21,531 bases of DNA from contig JBBISL010000025.1 in assembly GCA_037441285.1 (NCBI GenBank), forward strand, positions 1 to 21,531, read 5' to 3'. Origin of the DNA: a candidate division WOR-3 bacterium. GTDB lineage: Bacteria; Hydrothermota; Tepidihabitantia; Tepidihabitantales; Tepidihabitantaceae. Shown here piece after piece: positions 7,445 to 16,575 of the stretch (positions are counted from its first letter, which is position 1; each line of letters starts with the position of its first letter). A program made the translations under genes and the position numbers. The notes below the pieces were generated by a model, which was given only the letters and a program-made list of their open reading frames with translations, was not told the origin of the DNA and ran no database searches.

Positions 7445-8959
7445 ATGAGAAGAATCGTGGAATGTGTTCCCAATTTTTCTGAGGGCAGAAGGCCCGAGGT
7501 TATTGAGAAGATTGTTGGCGCTATCCGTTCGGTAACCGGCATCAGCGTGCTGGACCAGGAGATGAACGCGGACCACAATCGGGCGGTCATCAGTTTTGTT
7601 GGTGACCCGGAGGCGGTTCTTGAGGCGGCGTTTCGGGCGACCAAGATGGCGGCAGAGTTGATTGACTTAACCCAGCATCAGGGTGAGCATCCGCGCATCG
7701 GTGCGACCGATGTTGTGCCGTTTGTGCCGATTTCCGGTGTTACCCAGGCCGAGTGCATTGAACTGGCAAAGCGGCTGGGCAAGCGGATTGCCGATGAGTT
7801 AGGAATTCCGGTTTATCTCTACGAACTGGCAGCAACCAGACTGGACCGGCAGGACCTGGCAAATATCCGTAAGGGTGAGTTTGAGGGTTTGCGCGAGGCG
7901 ATTAAGACCGACCCGGAGCGGGCACCCGACTTTGGTCGGCCCGAACTGCATCCGACCGCCGGTGCCACCGTGGTTGGGGTCCGGGCACCACTGATTGCTT
8001 ACAATATTAACCTGGCAACGAACGATGTGAAAATTGCCGAGCGTATCGCCCGGGCAATTCGGTTCCGGGATGGCGGATTCCGTTATGTGAAGGCGCTCGG
8101 GTTTGAAATCAAGGAGAAGAACTGCGTCCAGGTGTCAATCAATATGACCGATTACACCAAGACCCCGCTTTACCGGGTGTTTGAGACGGTAAAGCGCGAG
8201 GCACAGCGCTGGGGTGTTGGGGTCCTGGAGTCGGAGATTGTCGGGCTTGTGCCTCAGGCGGCACTGGTCGCCTGTGCCCGGTTCTATCTGCAGTTGAACA
8301 GTTTTAAGAGTGACCAGATTCTTGAGAATCGGCTGATGCCGGCACAGGGTTTACCCGACTTTCTCGCGGAACTGGCTTCGTCGGCACCGGTGCCGGGCGG
8401 CGGTTCGACTGCGGCGCTCAACGGCGCGATCGGCACGGCGCTGATGACGATGGTGGCAAACCTAACGATTGGAAAGAAGGGGTACGAGGAGTTTGATGCC
8501 GAGCTGACCGCGGTCAAGGAGAAACTGATTCCCCGGCGCGAGCGGTTTATCAGTTTGATTGAAGAGGATGCGGCGAGTTTCAAGCAGGTGATGGCGGCAT
8601 ACAAGATGCCGAAAATGACCGAACTGGAGCGGCAGGAAAGGGAAAAGGCGGTAAGCGAGGCGTTAAAGGTTGCGGCGGAGGTGCCATTCCGGACGATGCA
8701 ACTGGCACTGGAGACCTTGAAGTTGTGCCGGCCCGTGGTTGAGTACGGAAACAAGAGTTCCATCAGTGATGCCGGGGTGGGAACGATGAACCTTGATGCC
8801 GCATTCCGCGGGGCAAGGCTCAATGTGCTGATAAACCTCGGCGGGATTAAAGACAGCAGTTTTGTTGCCGAGAAGCGCGAGGCGTTAGACGAGATGGCAG
8901 CGGAGATGGAGGGGCTGGTCAAGGAGTATCTGGAACTCGTTACCAGAAGAATTGGATAG
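7445..8959 (+). CDS. ftcD: Fused glutamate formiminotransferase / formiminotetrahydrofolate cyclodeaminase
   Basis: VECVPNFSEGR, DHNR, GEHPRIGATDVVPFVP (FT domain); C-terminal APVPGGGSTAA, GNKSSISDAGVG, NVLINL (CD domain). Confidence 0.93.
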   Translation: MRRIVECVPNFSEGRRPEVIEKIVGAIRSVTGISVLDQEMNADHNRAVISFVGDPEAVLEAAFRATKMAAELIDLTQHQGEHPRIGATDVVPFVPISGVTQAECIELAKRLGKRIADELGIPVYLYELAATRLDRQDLANIRKGEFEGLREAIKTDPERAPDFGRPELHPTAGATVVGVRAPLIAYNINLATNDVKIAERIARAIRFRDGGFRYVKALGFEIKEKNCVQVSINMTDYTKTPLYRVFETVKREAQRWGVGVLESEIVGLVPQAALVACARFYLQLNSFKSDQILENRLMPAQGLPDFLAELASSAPVPGGGSTAALNGAIGTALMTMVANLTIGKKGYEEFDAELTAVKEKLIPRRERFISLIEEDAASFKQVMAAYKMPKMTELERQEREKAVSEALKVAAEVPFRTMQLALETLKLCRPVVEYGNKSSISDAGVGTMNLDAAFRGARLNVLINLGGIKDSSFVAEKREALDEMAAEMEGLVKEYLELVTRRIG

Positions 8960-8962
8960 CAG

Positions 8963-9802
8963 GTGGCAAATCTTAGGGAAGATTTTGTTGACCTGCACAC
9001 CCATACGATTTTCTCCGATGGTCTGTTCACACCCGAAGAGGTAATCGTCCGGGCAAGTCAGCTCGGGTTTGCCGCCGTGGCGATTACCGACCACGACTCG
9101 GTTGATGGGATTGAGCGGGCGCTGCAGGCGGCACGGAGCCGCAGGATTGAGGTTGTGCCCGGAGCCGAGTTCAGTTGTAATGTCAATGGTACCGATGTCC
9201 ACATCCTTGGTTATTACTTTGATTACCGGCGGAGCGAGGTCCAAGAGTTTTTCGCCCGGGTGCGGCAGCGCCGGCTGGAGCGGGCCGAGAAAATGGTGCA
9301 GAAACTGGCAGAGTTAGGCGTTGTGGTTTCGTTTAGCCGGGTCCGGGAACTGGCGGGTGCCGGTGCGGTTGGCAGGCCCCATCTGGCGCAGGCGATGGTT
9401 GAGGCGGGCGCGGTGGCGAACCTGAGCGAGGCGTTTGAGCGTTACATCGGCTACCACGCGCCGGCGTACATACCAAAGATGCGATTGACACCGGCGCAGG
9501 TGGTTGATTTCATCCATAAGAACGGCGGACTGGCGGTGGTTGCGCATCCGGCAACTTACGGCAACGACGATTTGCTCTATCCGGTAATTGCGGCCGGGGT
9601 CGATGGGATTGAGGTATGGCATCCGGAGCACAACGACCGGGCGGTTGCCCATTACCTTGAGATTGCCACCAAGAACCGGCTCCTGGTGACCGGGGGCAGT
9701 GACTGTCACGGTGGCAGAAAGTTGGGCAAAATTTACCTGGGAGATGTGCGCCTGCCCTACAAATACCTCGCAGCGCTCAAGGCACGGCTGAAAAGGTCCT
9801 GA
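8963..9802 (+). CDS. PHP-domain phosphoesterase (YciV/TrpH, RNase AM-like)
   Basis: DLHTHT..SDG, ITDHD, HILGY, GRPHLA, AHP, GGSDCHG. Confidence 0.9.
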   Translation: MANLREDFVDLHTHTIFSDGLFTPEEVIVRASQLGFAAVAITDHDSVDGIERALQAARSRRIEVVPGAEFSCNVNGTDVHILGYYFDYRRSEVQEFFARVRQRRLERAEKMVQKLAELGVVVSFSRVRELAGAGAVGRPHLAQAMVEAGAVANLSEAFERYIGYHAPAYIPKMRLTPAQVVDFIHKNGGLAVVAHPATYGNDDLLYPVIAAGVDGIEVWHPEHNDRAVAHYLEIATKNRLLVTGGSDCHGGRKLGKIYLGDVRLPYKYLAALKARLKRS

Positions 9803-9805
9803 TTG

Positions 9806-10426
9806 ATGAGCCCGCTGCTTTGTATCTTAATCCTGTTTAGCCAGTTTCAAATCGCCCGGCTGAAGTACGCGGGTGGGGGCGACTGGTATAATGACCCGGA
9901 ACTGATTCCCAACCTCTGTCAGGAGGTAAACCGGCGCACCAATATCAAAATGAGCACGGACGAGGCGCAGGTGAGCCTGTTGGACGAAAAACTTTATCAG
10001 TACCCGTTTCTTTTTATGACCGGGCACGGAAATGTCAGTTTCACCGATGAGGAGGTGGCACGGTTGCGCCACTATCTTGAGGCGGGTGGTTTTCTCTATG
10101 CGGATGACGACTATGGAATGGACGAGTCGTTCCGCCGGGAGATGAAAAAGGTGTTTCCGAATTCAGACCTGGTTGAGTTACCTTTTGACCACCCGATTTA
10201 CCATTCGTTTTATGACTTTCCTCAGGGTCCGCCGAAAATCCACGAGCATTATGAAGGACCACCCCGGGGTTACGGCATATTTGTCGGCGGCAGAATGGTG
10301 GTCTTTTACACCTACAACTCCAATGTGTCGGATGGCTGGACCGACCGTTACAACGACCCACCGGAAAAGCGAGAACAGGCGCTGCGGATGGGTATCAACA
10401 TCATCACCTGGTTTGTGAATAACTAA
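9806..10426 (+). CDS. DUF4159 domain protein, probably exported
   Basis: IARLKYAGGGDWY, YPFLFMTGHG, GGFLYADD, HPIYH, ALRMGINI; hydrophobic N-terminus. Confidence 0.8.
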   Translation: MSPLLCILILFSQFQIARLKYAGGGDWYNDPELIPNLCQEVNRRTNIKMSTDEAQVSLLDEKLYQYPFLFMTGHGNVSFTDEEVARLRHYLEAGGFLYADDDYGMDESFRREMKKVFPNSDLVELPFDHPIYHSFYDFPQGPPKIHEHYEGPPRGYGIFVGGRMVVFYTYNSNVSDGWTDRYNDPPEKREQALRMGINIITWFVNN

Positions 10427-10641
10427 CATAATTGGAGAGGCAAGGCAATCCCCAAAGTGGTTCGGAAATAGGGTGGAGGGAAAAACTGGTAGGCGCCAAT
10501 AAAATCAGGCGGCAGGGCATATTAACCACAATTTCCCATACCATCCCGGAAACTACCCCGGGGTTGGGTTGGGAAAATTGGGGCAATACATATTAAATCG
10601 CTTAATTGCAAGTAGTTAGACAAAATCTGCCAGTTTTTGTC

Positions 10642-10661
10642 AGTATACTTTAAAGTATACT
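10642..10661. promoter_or_regulatory. Perfect 20-bp palindrome AGTATACTTTAAAGTATACT, possible operator
   Basis: Identical to its own reverse complement; two AGTATACT octamers 12 bp apart. Confidence 0.5.
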
Positions 10662-10765
10662 TACTCGACAACGGTTTTGGTTCGTATTTTGCAGGATTTT
10701 TTTGGGTGGCAAACGGTAGATTTTCATCATCAAAAAGGTTAGTCGGGCAGGGTTGTTGCTCATAG

Positions 10766-10793
10766 TTGACAGCAAGAAATTGATTAATAAATT
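10766..10793 (+). promoter_or_regulatory. Promoter upstream of DUF559 gene
   Basis: TTGACA-16nt-TAAATT, 6 nt before ATG 10800. Confidence 0.55.
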
Positions 10794-10864
10794 GAGGTGA
10801 TGAGCGGTGCCGGGAAGCGTTTGCCTGGGGCAAAATAAGTCACGGTAAGATTGATACGCCGGCT

Positions 10865-11602
10865 TTGGTGGCGGTGGTCACAAGGCGGAAGGACTGGCAG
10901 ATTCTTTTGGAGCGGCACTGGTATCGGATTCCGGTGGAAAAGGCGCCCGAGGGGTTAAACCGGGTTCGGTTTCTCGCCTTTTATCAGACCGCAGTTTTTG
11001 GCGCCGAGAAGTGGGCGGTGAACTATTATGCCAGAGTTAAGGGGATGAGGCGGGTGTTGCGGCGTGAGATTTTACCGGAAGAGAGCCGACATCCCCGGGC
11101 ACACCAGTTTTACTACCAGATGATAGTTGGTGAACTGTTACGGCTGCCCCGGTCGATTCCCAGTAAACGCCGGCGCCGGATTGTGTTCATTCCGACAACC
11201 CGGGAGCGGTTGATGCGGGCTGAAGAGGTAAACGACCTTTACTGGACCAGCACGATTGAGGATAAACTTTATCGGGCGTTGAAGCGTGCCGGGCTGGCGC
11301 CCGAGCGCCAGGTTTATGTGGGTGAGAAAACCAATGGCTACTTTCTTGACCTGGCACTGTTCTGCCGGGACGGTGCGTTAGAGGTGGAGTGCGATGGTGC
11401 ACTTTACCATTCCGGGGTGGTGCGCGCCGAGTCGGACCGAAATCGGGACAACTATTTGACGGTTGCGGGCTGGCGGATTTTGCGGTTCAGCGGCAAAGAA
11501 ATCAGCCGGAATGTTACCGGTTGTGTGGAGTTGATAAAGGAGATGGTGGCGAAGTTGGGTGGTCAGGACCAGGGCTATTCCGGTTCGTCAAGTTCGTCCT
11601 GA
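10865..11602 (+). CDS. DUF559/Vsr-like endonuclease with uncharacterised aromatic-rich N-terminal domain; true start possibly 10800 via a frameshift
   Basis: C-terminal IEDKLY..ERQ..YFLDLA..VECDGALYH..DRNRDNYL..GWRILRF; N-terminal WYRIP and LAFYQ motifs. Confidence 0.8.
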   Translation: MVAVVTRRKDWQILLERHWYRIPVEKAPEGLNRVRFLAFYQTAVFGAEKWAVNYYARVKGMRRVLRREILPEESRHPRAHQFYYQMIVGELLRLPRSIPSKRRRRIVFIPTTRERLMRAEEVNDLYWTSTIEDKLYRALKRAGLAPERQVYVGEKTNGYFLDLALFCRDGALEVECDGALYHSGVVRAESDRNRDNYLTVAGWRILRFSGKEISRNVTGCVELIKEMVAKLGGQDQGYSGSSSSS

Positions 11603-12816
11603 CCGGAAAATTTTTGCTGGTAACGGCGCCAGGCTTCGTCCCGGATGGTGTTCATCTGACGCTCAACCTTTTCCGCCTCTTCAATTCGGCCCAGAAAGAG
11701 CAGGGCATCAGCGAGCACGGTGTAAGCCTCTTCTTCGTTGCGGTCAAGTTGAATCGCCCGCTGCGCGGCAGCAACCGCCTGGGCATATTCGGCCTGCGCG
11801 TAGTGTAGTTCGGCAAGAAGCGTCCAGAGCGCCGCACCTTCCGGTTCTTCGGCAATCGCCCGTTGCAGGGTGGTGATGGCGTCGTTTATTCTGCCGATTT
11901 CCCGATAGGCGGTGGTGAGGCGGACCAGGAGTTCAACATCGCGCGGGTTGTTTTTCAAAAGTTGCTCAAGCAAGGGGATGACTTCGGCAAACATCCGGAA
12001 GTGTTCGTAAAAACGGCTGGTGAGTTCGGGCTGGCGGGAAAAACGGTGGCGGATGGTTTCGTAAACATCGATGGCGTCGTCCAGCATCCCCAGCCGTTTG
12101 TAGCAGTCCATCAGGTAGAAGTAGGCGGCGGGTTGTTCCGGTTCTTCGGCAATCGCCTGGGCGAATTCGTTTGCCGCCTCGTCAAACATCCCTTCGGCGT
12201 AATAGTCCCGACCCAGGTGCTGGTGCGGGTTTTCCACCGTTGGGTCAAGCCGTTTGGCGTACTGGTACTGGGCAAGGGCATTGACATACTCACCGCTCAA
12301 GGCGTAACTGATGCCCAGGGAGATGCGGGCGCGGATGTTGTCCGGGGCATGTTCAAGAACCCGGAGGTAAATTGCGGCACTTTTTTCTTCGGCACCCATC
12401 TGGTCATAGAGGATGCCGAGCCCGAGGTTGAGGTCGATATCGTCGGGCAGCGAGCGCAGGGCGAGATTAAAAAGGTGTTCGGCACGTTCAAAGTTGGCAA
12501 AGAATAGCGCCCGCACCGCTTCACAGCCGACCACATAGGGATGGCGGGGTTTGCTTTTCCGTGCCTGATGGTAAACATCTTCCAGTGTCTCCTCATCGGT
12601 CAAGATTGCAGCACACAGGGCAGCAAGGTAGTGGATGCGCAGGTTGTCGGGGTTTAGTTCGAGAACACCGAGGAGCAGTTCGAGGGCGGTTTCGTCATCG
12701 GCGCGGTAAAAGGCGTCAAGGGCTTCTTTGAGCAGTTCCTGAGCAATACCCGGGGACCCGTTCTCCTTTTTCGGAATGCGGGCGGGTTCACTCTGGGGTT
12801 GTGGGGCGTTGTTCAT
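11575..12816 (-). CDS. Tetratricopeptide-repeat protein
   Basis: Many ~34-aa repeats such as LGILYDQMG.EEKSAAIYLRVLEHAPDN and LGRDYYAEGMFDEAANEFAQAIAEEPE. Confidence 0.88.
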   Translation of the reverse strand: MNNAPQPQSEPARIPKKENGSPGIAQELLKEALDAFYRADDETALELLLGVLELNPDNLRIHYLAALCAAILTDEETLEDVYHQARKSKPRHPYVVGCEAVRALFFANFERAEHLFNLALRSLPDDIDLNLGLGILYDQMGAEEKSAAIYLRVLEHAPDNIRARISLGISYALSGEYVNALAQYQYAKRLDPTVENPHQHLGRDYYAEGMFDEAANEFAQAIAEEPEQPAAYFYLMDCYKRLGMLDDAIDVYETIRHRFSRQPELTSRFYEHFRMFAEVIPLLEQLLKNNPRDVELLVRLTTAYREIGRINDAITTLQRAIAEEPEGAALWTLLAELHYAQAEYAQAVAAAQRAIQLDRNEEEAYTVLADALLFLGRIEEAEKVERQMNTIRDEAWRRYQQKFSGQDELDEPE

Positions 12817-12822
12817 CAACTC

Positions 12823-12850
12823 ATTTTATCGGAAATCGGTCTGAATGCAA
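12823..12850 (-). promoter_or_regulatory. Promoter of TPR gene
   Basis: TTGCAT-16nt-TAAAAT, 6 nt before ATG 12816. Confidence 0.6.
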
Positions 12851-12894
12851 GTGAGAACGGCAGATTTACAAATCAGGGCGCCCTCGGGGTATGG

Positions 12895-12922
12895 TTGACC
12901 CTGAAGTGATTGGGTTTATACT
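12895..12922 (+). promoter_or_regulatory. Promoter of uvrA
   Basis: TTGACC-16nt-TATACT, 11 nt before ATG 12934; no SD. Confidence 0.6.
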
Positions 12923-12933
12923 TCATATTTGCA

Positions 12934-15777
12934 ATGATGGATAATGTGATTTCAATCCGGGGTGCGCGCGAGCACAACCTTAAAGGTCTTAATATTGACA
13001 TCCCCCGTAATAAACTGGTGGTGATTACCGGCATCTCCGGTTCGGGAAAGTCGTCGCTGGCGTTTGATACGATTTACGCTGAAGGTCAGCGCCGTTACAT
13101 TGAGTCGCTCTCAACCTATGCCCGGCAGTTTCTCGGGATGCTGGAGAAGCCCGATTGCGACCAGATTACCGGACTTTCGCCCGCAATTGCGATTGAGCAG
13201 CGGAGTAGCGCCCGGAATCCGCGTTCAACCGTGGGCACAACAACCGAGATTTACGACTATTTAAGGCTGCTTTTTGCCCGGATTGGGAAACCTTTCTGCC
13301 CGAAGTGTGATAAGCCAATCAGTTCTCAGACAACAGACCAGATTGTTGACAATCTGCTGAGTGAACCGGCCGGGACCAGTCTGGTAATTCTGGCGCCGCT
13401 GGTGCGGGGCAGAAAGGGCGAGTATCGGGAACTGGTAAGTCAGGCAAAGCGGCGAGGTTATGTCCGGATGCGGGTTGACGGCGAGATATACGAGGTTGAG
13501 GCGGTGCCGGTTCTGGAGAAGTATAAGAAGCACAATATTGAACTGGTTGTTGACCGGCTGACGGTGCGACCCGAGGCGAGAAAACGGGTTGCCGATTCGG
13601 TGGAACTGGCGTTGAAGGAAGGGCAGGGCAAGTGCATTGTCTTAGTGGAAAGGGGAAAAGGGGAAAGGGGTGAGGAGCGCATCTTTTCAACCGCTTTTGC
13701 CTGTCTGGATTGTGGCTTTTCGTTTGAGGAGATTTCGCCAAGGCTTTTTTCGTTTAACTCGCCTTATGGTGCCTGTCCCGAATGTCATGGTCTGGGAAGC
13801 AAAATGGAGGTGGACCCGGACCGGCTGATTCTTGACCCGAATCGGTCAATTCTTGATGGTGCCATTGCGCCCTGGGGTGAGGCAAAGGAGAAGAGCGGCT
13901 GGTTTTTGAGTAAACTGGAGGCGCTTGCCCGCAAGTATCGGTTCCGGCTCGATACGCCGTGGAAGGATTTACCGGAAACGGCGCGGCGGGTGATTCTATT
14001 TGGCACCGAGGAGGAGTTGAAGTTTAAGTATGAGGATGAGCGCTGGGAGTACTCCTGGGAGGACCGTTTTGAAGGGCTGGTGCCTTATCTGATGCGGGTT
14101 TATCAGGAGACCGAATCGGATGCCCGGCGGGATTGGGTGGAGCGGTTTATGTCGGTTTTGCCCTGCCCGAAATGTAACGGGTCAAGGTTAAAGCCGGAGG
14201 CGCTGGCGGTGAGGGTTGCGGGTATGAATATCGCCGAAGTTAGCCGGTTTTCGGTGCAGGAAGCGAACCGGTTTTTCAGCCAGTTGAAACTCAGTAAGAA
14301 GGATGAGGCGATTGCGCACGAGGTGTTGAAGGAGCTGCGCCGACGGCTCGGGTTTCTTGAGGCGGTTGGTCTTGGATATTTAACACTAAACCGGACGACC
14401 GAAAGTTTGGGCGGTGGCGAGGCGCAACGGGTGCGGCTGGCAACCCAGATTGGTTCAGGGTTGGTTGGGGTGGTGTATATTCTGGATGAGCCGTCAATCG
14501 GGCTGCATCAGCGGGACAACCGAAAACTGCTCGCAACATTGAAGAGACTGCGCGACCTCGGGAATACGGTGATTGTGGTTGAGCATGATGAAGAGACGAT
14601 TCTTGAAGCGGACTGGGTTATTGACCTTGGCCCTGGTGCCGGTGCCAATGGTGGCTGGGTTGTGGCACAGGGTCCACCCGCGGCGATAAAAGCCTGTCCG
14701 GAGTCGTTGACCGGTGCCTATCTTTCGGGCCGACGCCGCATTGATTTGCCCGAAACGCGACGCAAACCGGCACAGGGCTGGCTGCGGGTTGAAGGCTGCC
14801 GGGAGAACAATTTGAAGGACATTGATGTTGAGATTCCCTTGGGTTTGTTTGTTTGTGTCACCGGTGTTTCGGGCTCGGGAAAGAGCAGCCTGGTGTCAGA
14901 TATTCTCTATCGGGCGCTGGCACGGCACTTTTATGGTTCGCCGGAAAAGCCCGGTGCCCATCGCCGCATTGTTGGACTGGATAAGATTGATAAGGTGGTG
15001 AACATCGACCAGTCGCCAATTGGCCGAACCCCGCGTTCCAACCCGGCAACCTATACCAATGCGTTTTCACCGATAAGGGAGCTTTTTGCCCGGACCACTG
15101 AGGCGCGGCTGCGCGGTTATAAGCCGGGCCGGTTTTCCTTTAATGTCCGGGGTGGAAGGTGTGAAGCCTGCGCCGGAGACGGTATTATCCGGGTGGAGAT
15201 GCACTTTCTGCCCGATGTTTATGTTTCGTGTGAGGTGTGCAAGGGTAAGCGTTACAATCGGGAGACGCTTGATGTCAAGTACAAGGGCAAGAACATCAGC
15301 GAGGTGCTGGAGATGAGCGTTGATGAGGCGTATGACTTTTTTGTCAATATCCCGCCGATTGAGCGGAAGTTGAAACTTTTGAAGGATGTTGGCTTGGGTT
15401 ACATCAAACTGGGGCAGCCGGCACCAACGCTTTCTGGTGGTGAGGCACAACGCATCAAACTGGCACGGGAACTTTCCAAAATCGCCACGGGCCGGACGCT
15501 TTATCTCCTTGACGAACCGACAACCGGACTGCACTTTGAGGATGTGCGGTTACTTCTGGGGGTTTTGAACCGGCTCGTGGCGCGGGGCAACACGGTGGTG
15601 GTGATTGAGCACAACCTTGAGGTTATCAAATGTGCCGACTGGATAATTGACCTTGGTCCGGAGGGTGGTGAAGAGGGGGGCAGGGTTGTTTGTGCGGGTC
15701 CGCCTGAGGTGGTGGCACGCTGTGCTCAATCCTGGACCGGCAAATTTCTCAAACCGCTTTTAAGCCGAAACGGGTAA
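12934..15777 (+). CDS. uvrA: Excinuclease ABC subunit A
   Basis: GAREHNLK, two Walker A GxSGSGKSS, zinc-finger CxxC pairs, LDEPSIGLH and LDEPTTGLH; start ATG 12934 or 12937. Confidence 0.98.
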   Translation: MMDNVISIRGAREHNLKGLNIDIPRNKLVVITGISGSGKSSLAFDTIYAEGQRRYIESLSTYARQFLGMLEKPDCDQITGLSPAIAIEQRSSARNPRSTVGTTTEIYDYLRLLFARIGKPFCPKCDKPISSQTTDQIVDNLLSEPAGTSLVILAPLVRGRKGEYRELVSQAKRRGYVRMRVDGEIYEVEAVPVLEKYKKHNIELVVDRLTVRPEARKRVADSVELALKEGQGKCIVLVERGKGERGEERIFSTAFACLDCGFSFEEISPRLFSFNSPYGACPECHGLGSKMEVDPDRLILDPNRSILDGAIAPWGEAKEKSGWFLSKLEALARKYRFRLDTPWKDLPETARRVILFGTEEELKFKYEDERWEYSWEDRFEGLVPYLMRVYQETESDARRDWVERFMSVLPCPKCNGSRLKPEALAVRVAGMNIAEVSRFSVQEANRFFSQLKLSKKDEAIAHEVLKELRRRLGFLEAVGLGYLTLNRTTESLGGGEAQRVRLATQIGSGLVGVVYILDEPSIGLHQRDNRKLLATLKRLRDLGNTVIVVEHDEETILEADWVIDLGPGAGANGGWVVAQGPPAAIKACPESLTGAYLSGRRRIDLPETRRKPAQGWLRVEGCRENNLKDIDVEIPLGLFVCVTGVSGSGKSSLVSDILYRALARHFYGSPEKPGAHRRIVGLDKIDKVVNIDQSPIGRTPRSNPATYTNAFSPIRELFARTTEARLRGYKPGRFSFNVRGGRCEACAGDGIIRVEMHFLPDVYVSCEVCKGKRYNRETLDVKYKGKNISEVLEMSVDEAYDFFVNIPPIERKLKLLKDVGLGYIKLGQPAPTLSGGEAQRIKLARELSKIATGRTLYLLDEPTTGLHFEDVRLLLGVLNRLVARGNTVVVIEHNLEVIKCADWIIDLGPEGGEEGGRVVCAGPPEVVARCAQSWTGKFLKPLLSRNG

Positions 15778-16560
15778 GGGCTGATTGAGCCGCTCGATTT
15801 TTTGTGCCCGGCCGGTTTCGGCATCGATGTCAATGACGACACCGTTAATCCGAATGTCGCCGGTTGCCGGCTGGAGCCGGACCGGGATAAGTTCGATCAG
15901 GCGGCGCAGAGAGGGTTCTTTTTCCATTCCGAGAATGGAGTCAAAGGCGCCGCACATCCCGGCATCGGCGATAAAGGCGGTGCCGCGGGGCAGGATGCGC
16001 TCATCGGCGGTTTGAATGTGGGTGTGCGTGCCGATGACCGCGGACACCCTGCCGTCAAGGAAATAGCCCATCGCCTGTTTTTCCGCGGTCGCTTCCGCAT
16101 GAAAGTCAACGATGGTGATGGCGTTGAGCTGCTCGATTTCCGCCAGCGCCTGTTTTACCCTTTGAAATGGGCAGTCAGCCGGTTTCATAAACACCCTGCC
16201 CAGGAGGTTTATGACGACAATGGGACGATTATGTTGGGGTAACTGATAGACGCCCCAGCCTCTGCCCGGTGCGGTTGATGGCAGATTTAAGGGCCGGAGG
16301 ATACGGGGTTCGGTGGACATAAACTCCCAGGACTCCTTGCGGTCAAAGGCGTGGTCACCGGTAGTGAGGCAGTGGGCGCCAGCCGAGAAAAGTTCTTCGG
16401 CAAGGCGCCGGGTAATGCCGTAACCGCCCGCGGCATTTTCCGCATTGACGACGACGAAGTCGAGTTTCAGTTCGGAGCGCAATGAGGGGAGCAGAAGTGA
16501 AACGGCATGGCGGCCCGCCTCACCGCACACATCGCCGAGAAATAGGATACGGGTCAGCAC
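15760..16560 (-). CDS. ymdB: YmdB/TIGR00282 family metallophosphoesterase
   Basis: LFLGDVCG, NAENAAGG, DFHAEATAEK, GTHTHIQTADE; directly downstream of rny. Confidence 0.92.
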   Translation of the reverse strand: MLTRILFLGDVCGEAGRHAVSLLLPSLRSELKLDFVVVNAENAAGGYGITRRLAEELFSAGAHCLTTGDHAFDRKESWEFMSTEPRILRPLNLPSTAPGRGWGVYQLPQHNRPIVVINLLGRVFMKPADCPFQRVKQALAEIEQLNAITIVDFHAEATAEKQAMGYFLDGRVSAVIGTHTHIQTADERILPRGTAFIADAGMCGAFDSILGMEKEPSLRRLIELIPVRLQPATGDIRINGVVIDIDAETGRAQKIERLNQPLPVSA

Positions 16561-16575
16561 GGTTCAATTCAGGTG

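Noticed and set aside
8284..9030. Long antisense ORFs (also 2059-2682, 2807-3478, 11863-12507, 17375-18187)
   Set aside because: Opposite well-supported genes; expected shadows of codon bias
10522..10833. 103-aa minus-strand ORF in the spacer
   Set aside because: No SD or recognisable motifs; overlaps the promoter and palindrome
12850..12933. LexA/SOS box before uvrA and TTG start at 12910
   Set aside because: No CTGT-N8-ACAG or GAAC-N4-GTTC seen; 12910 lies inside the predicted promoter
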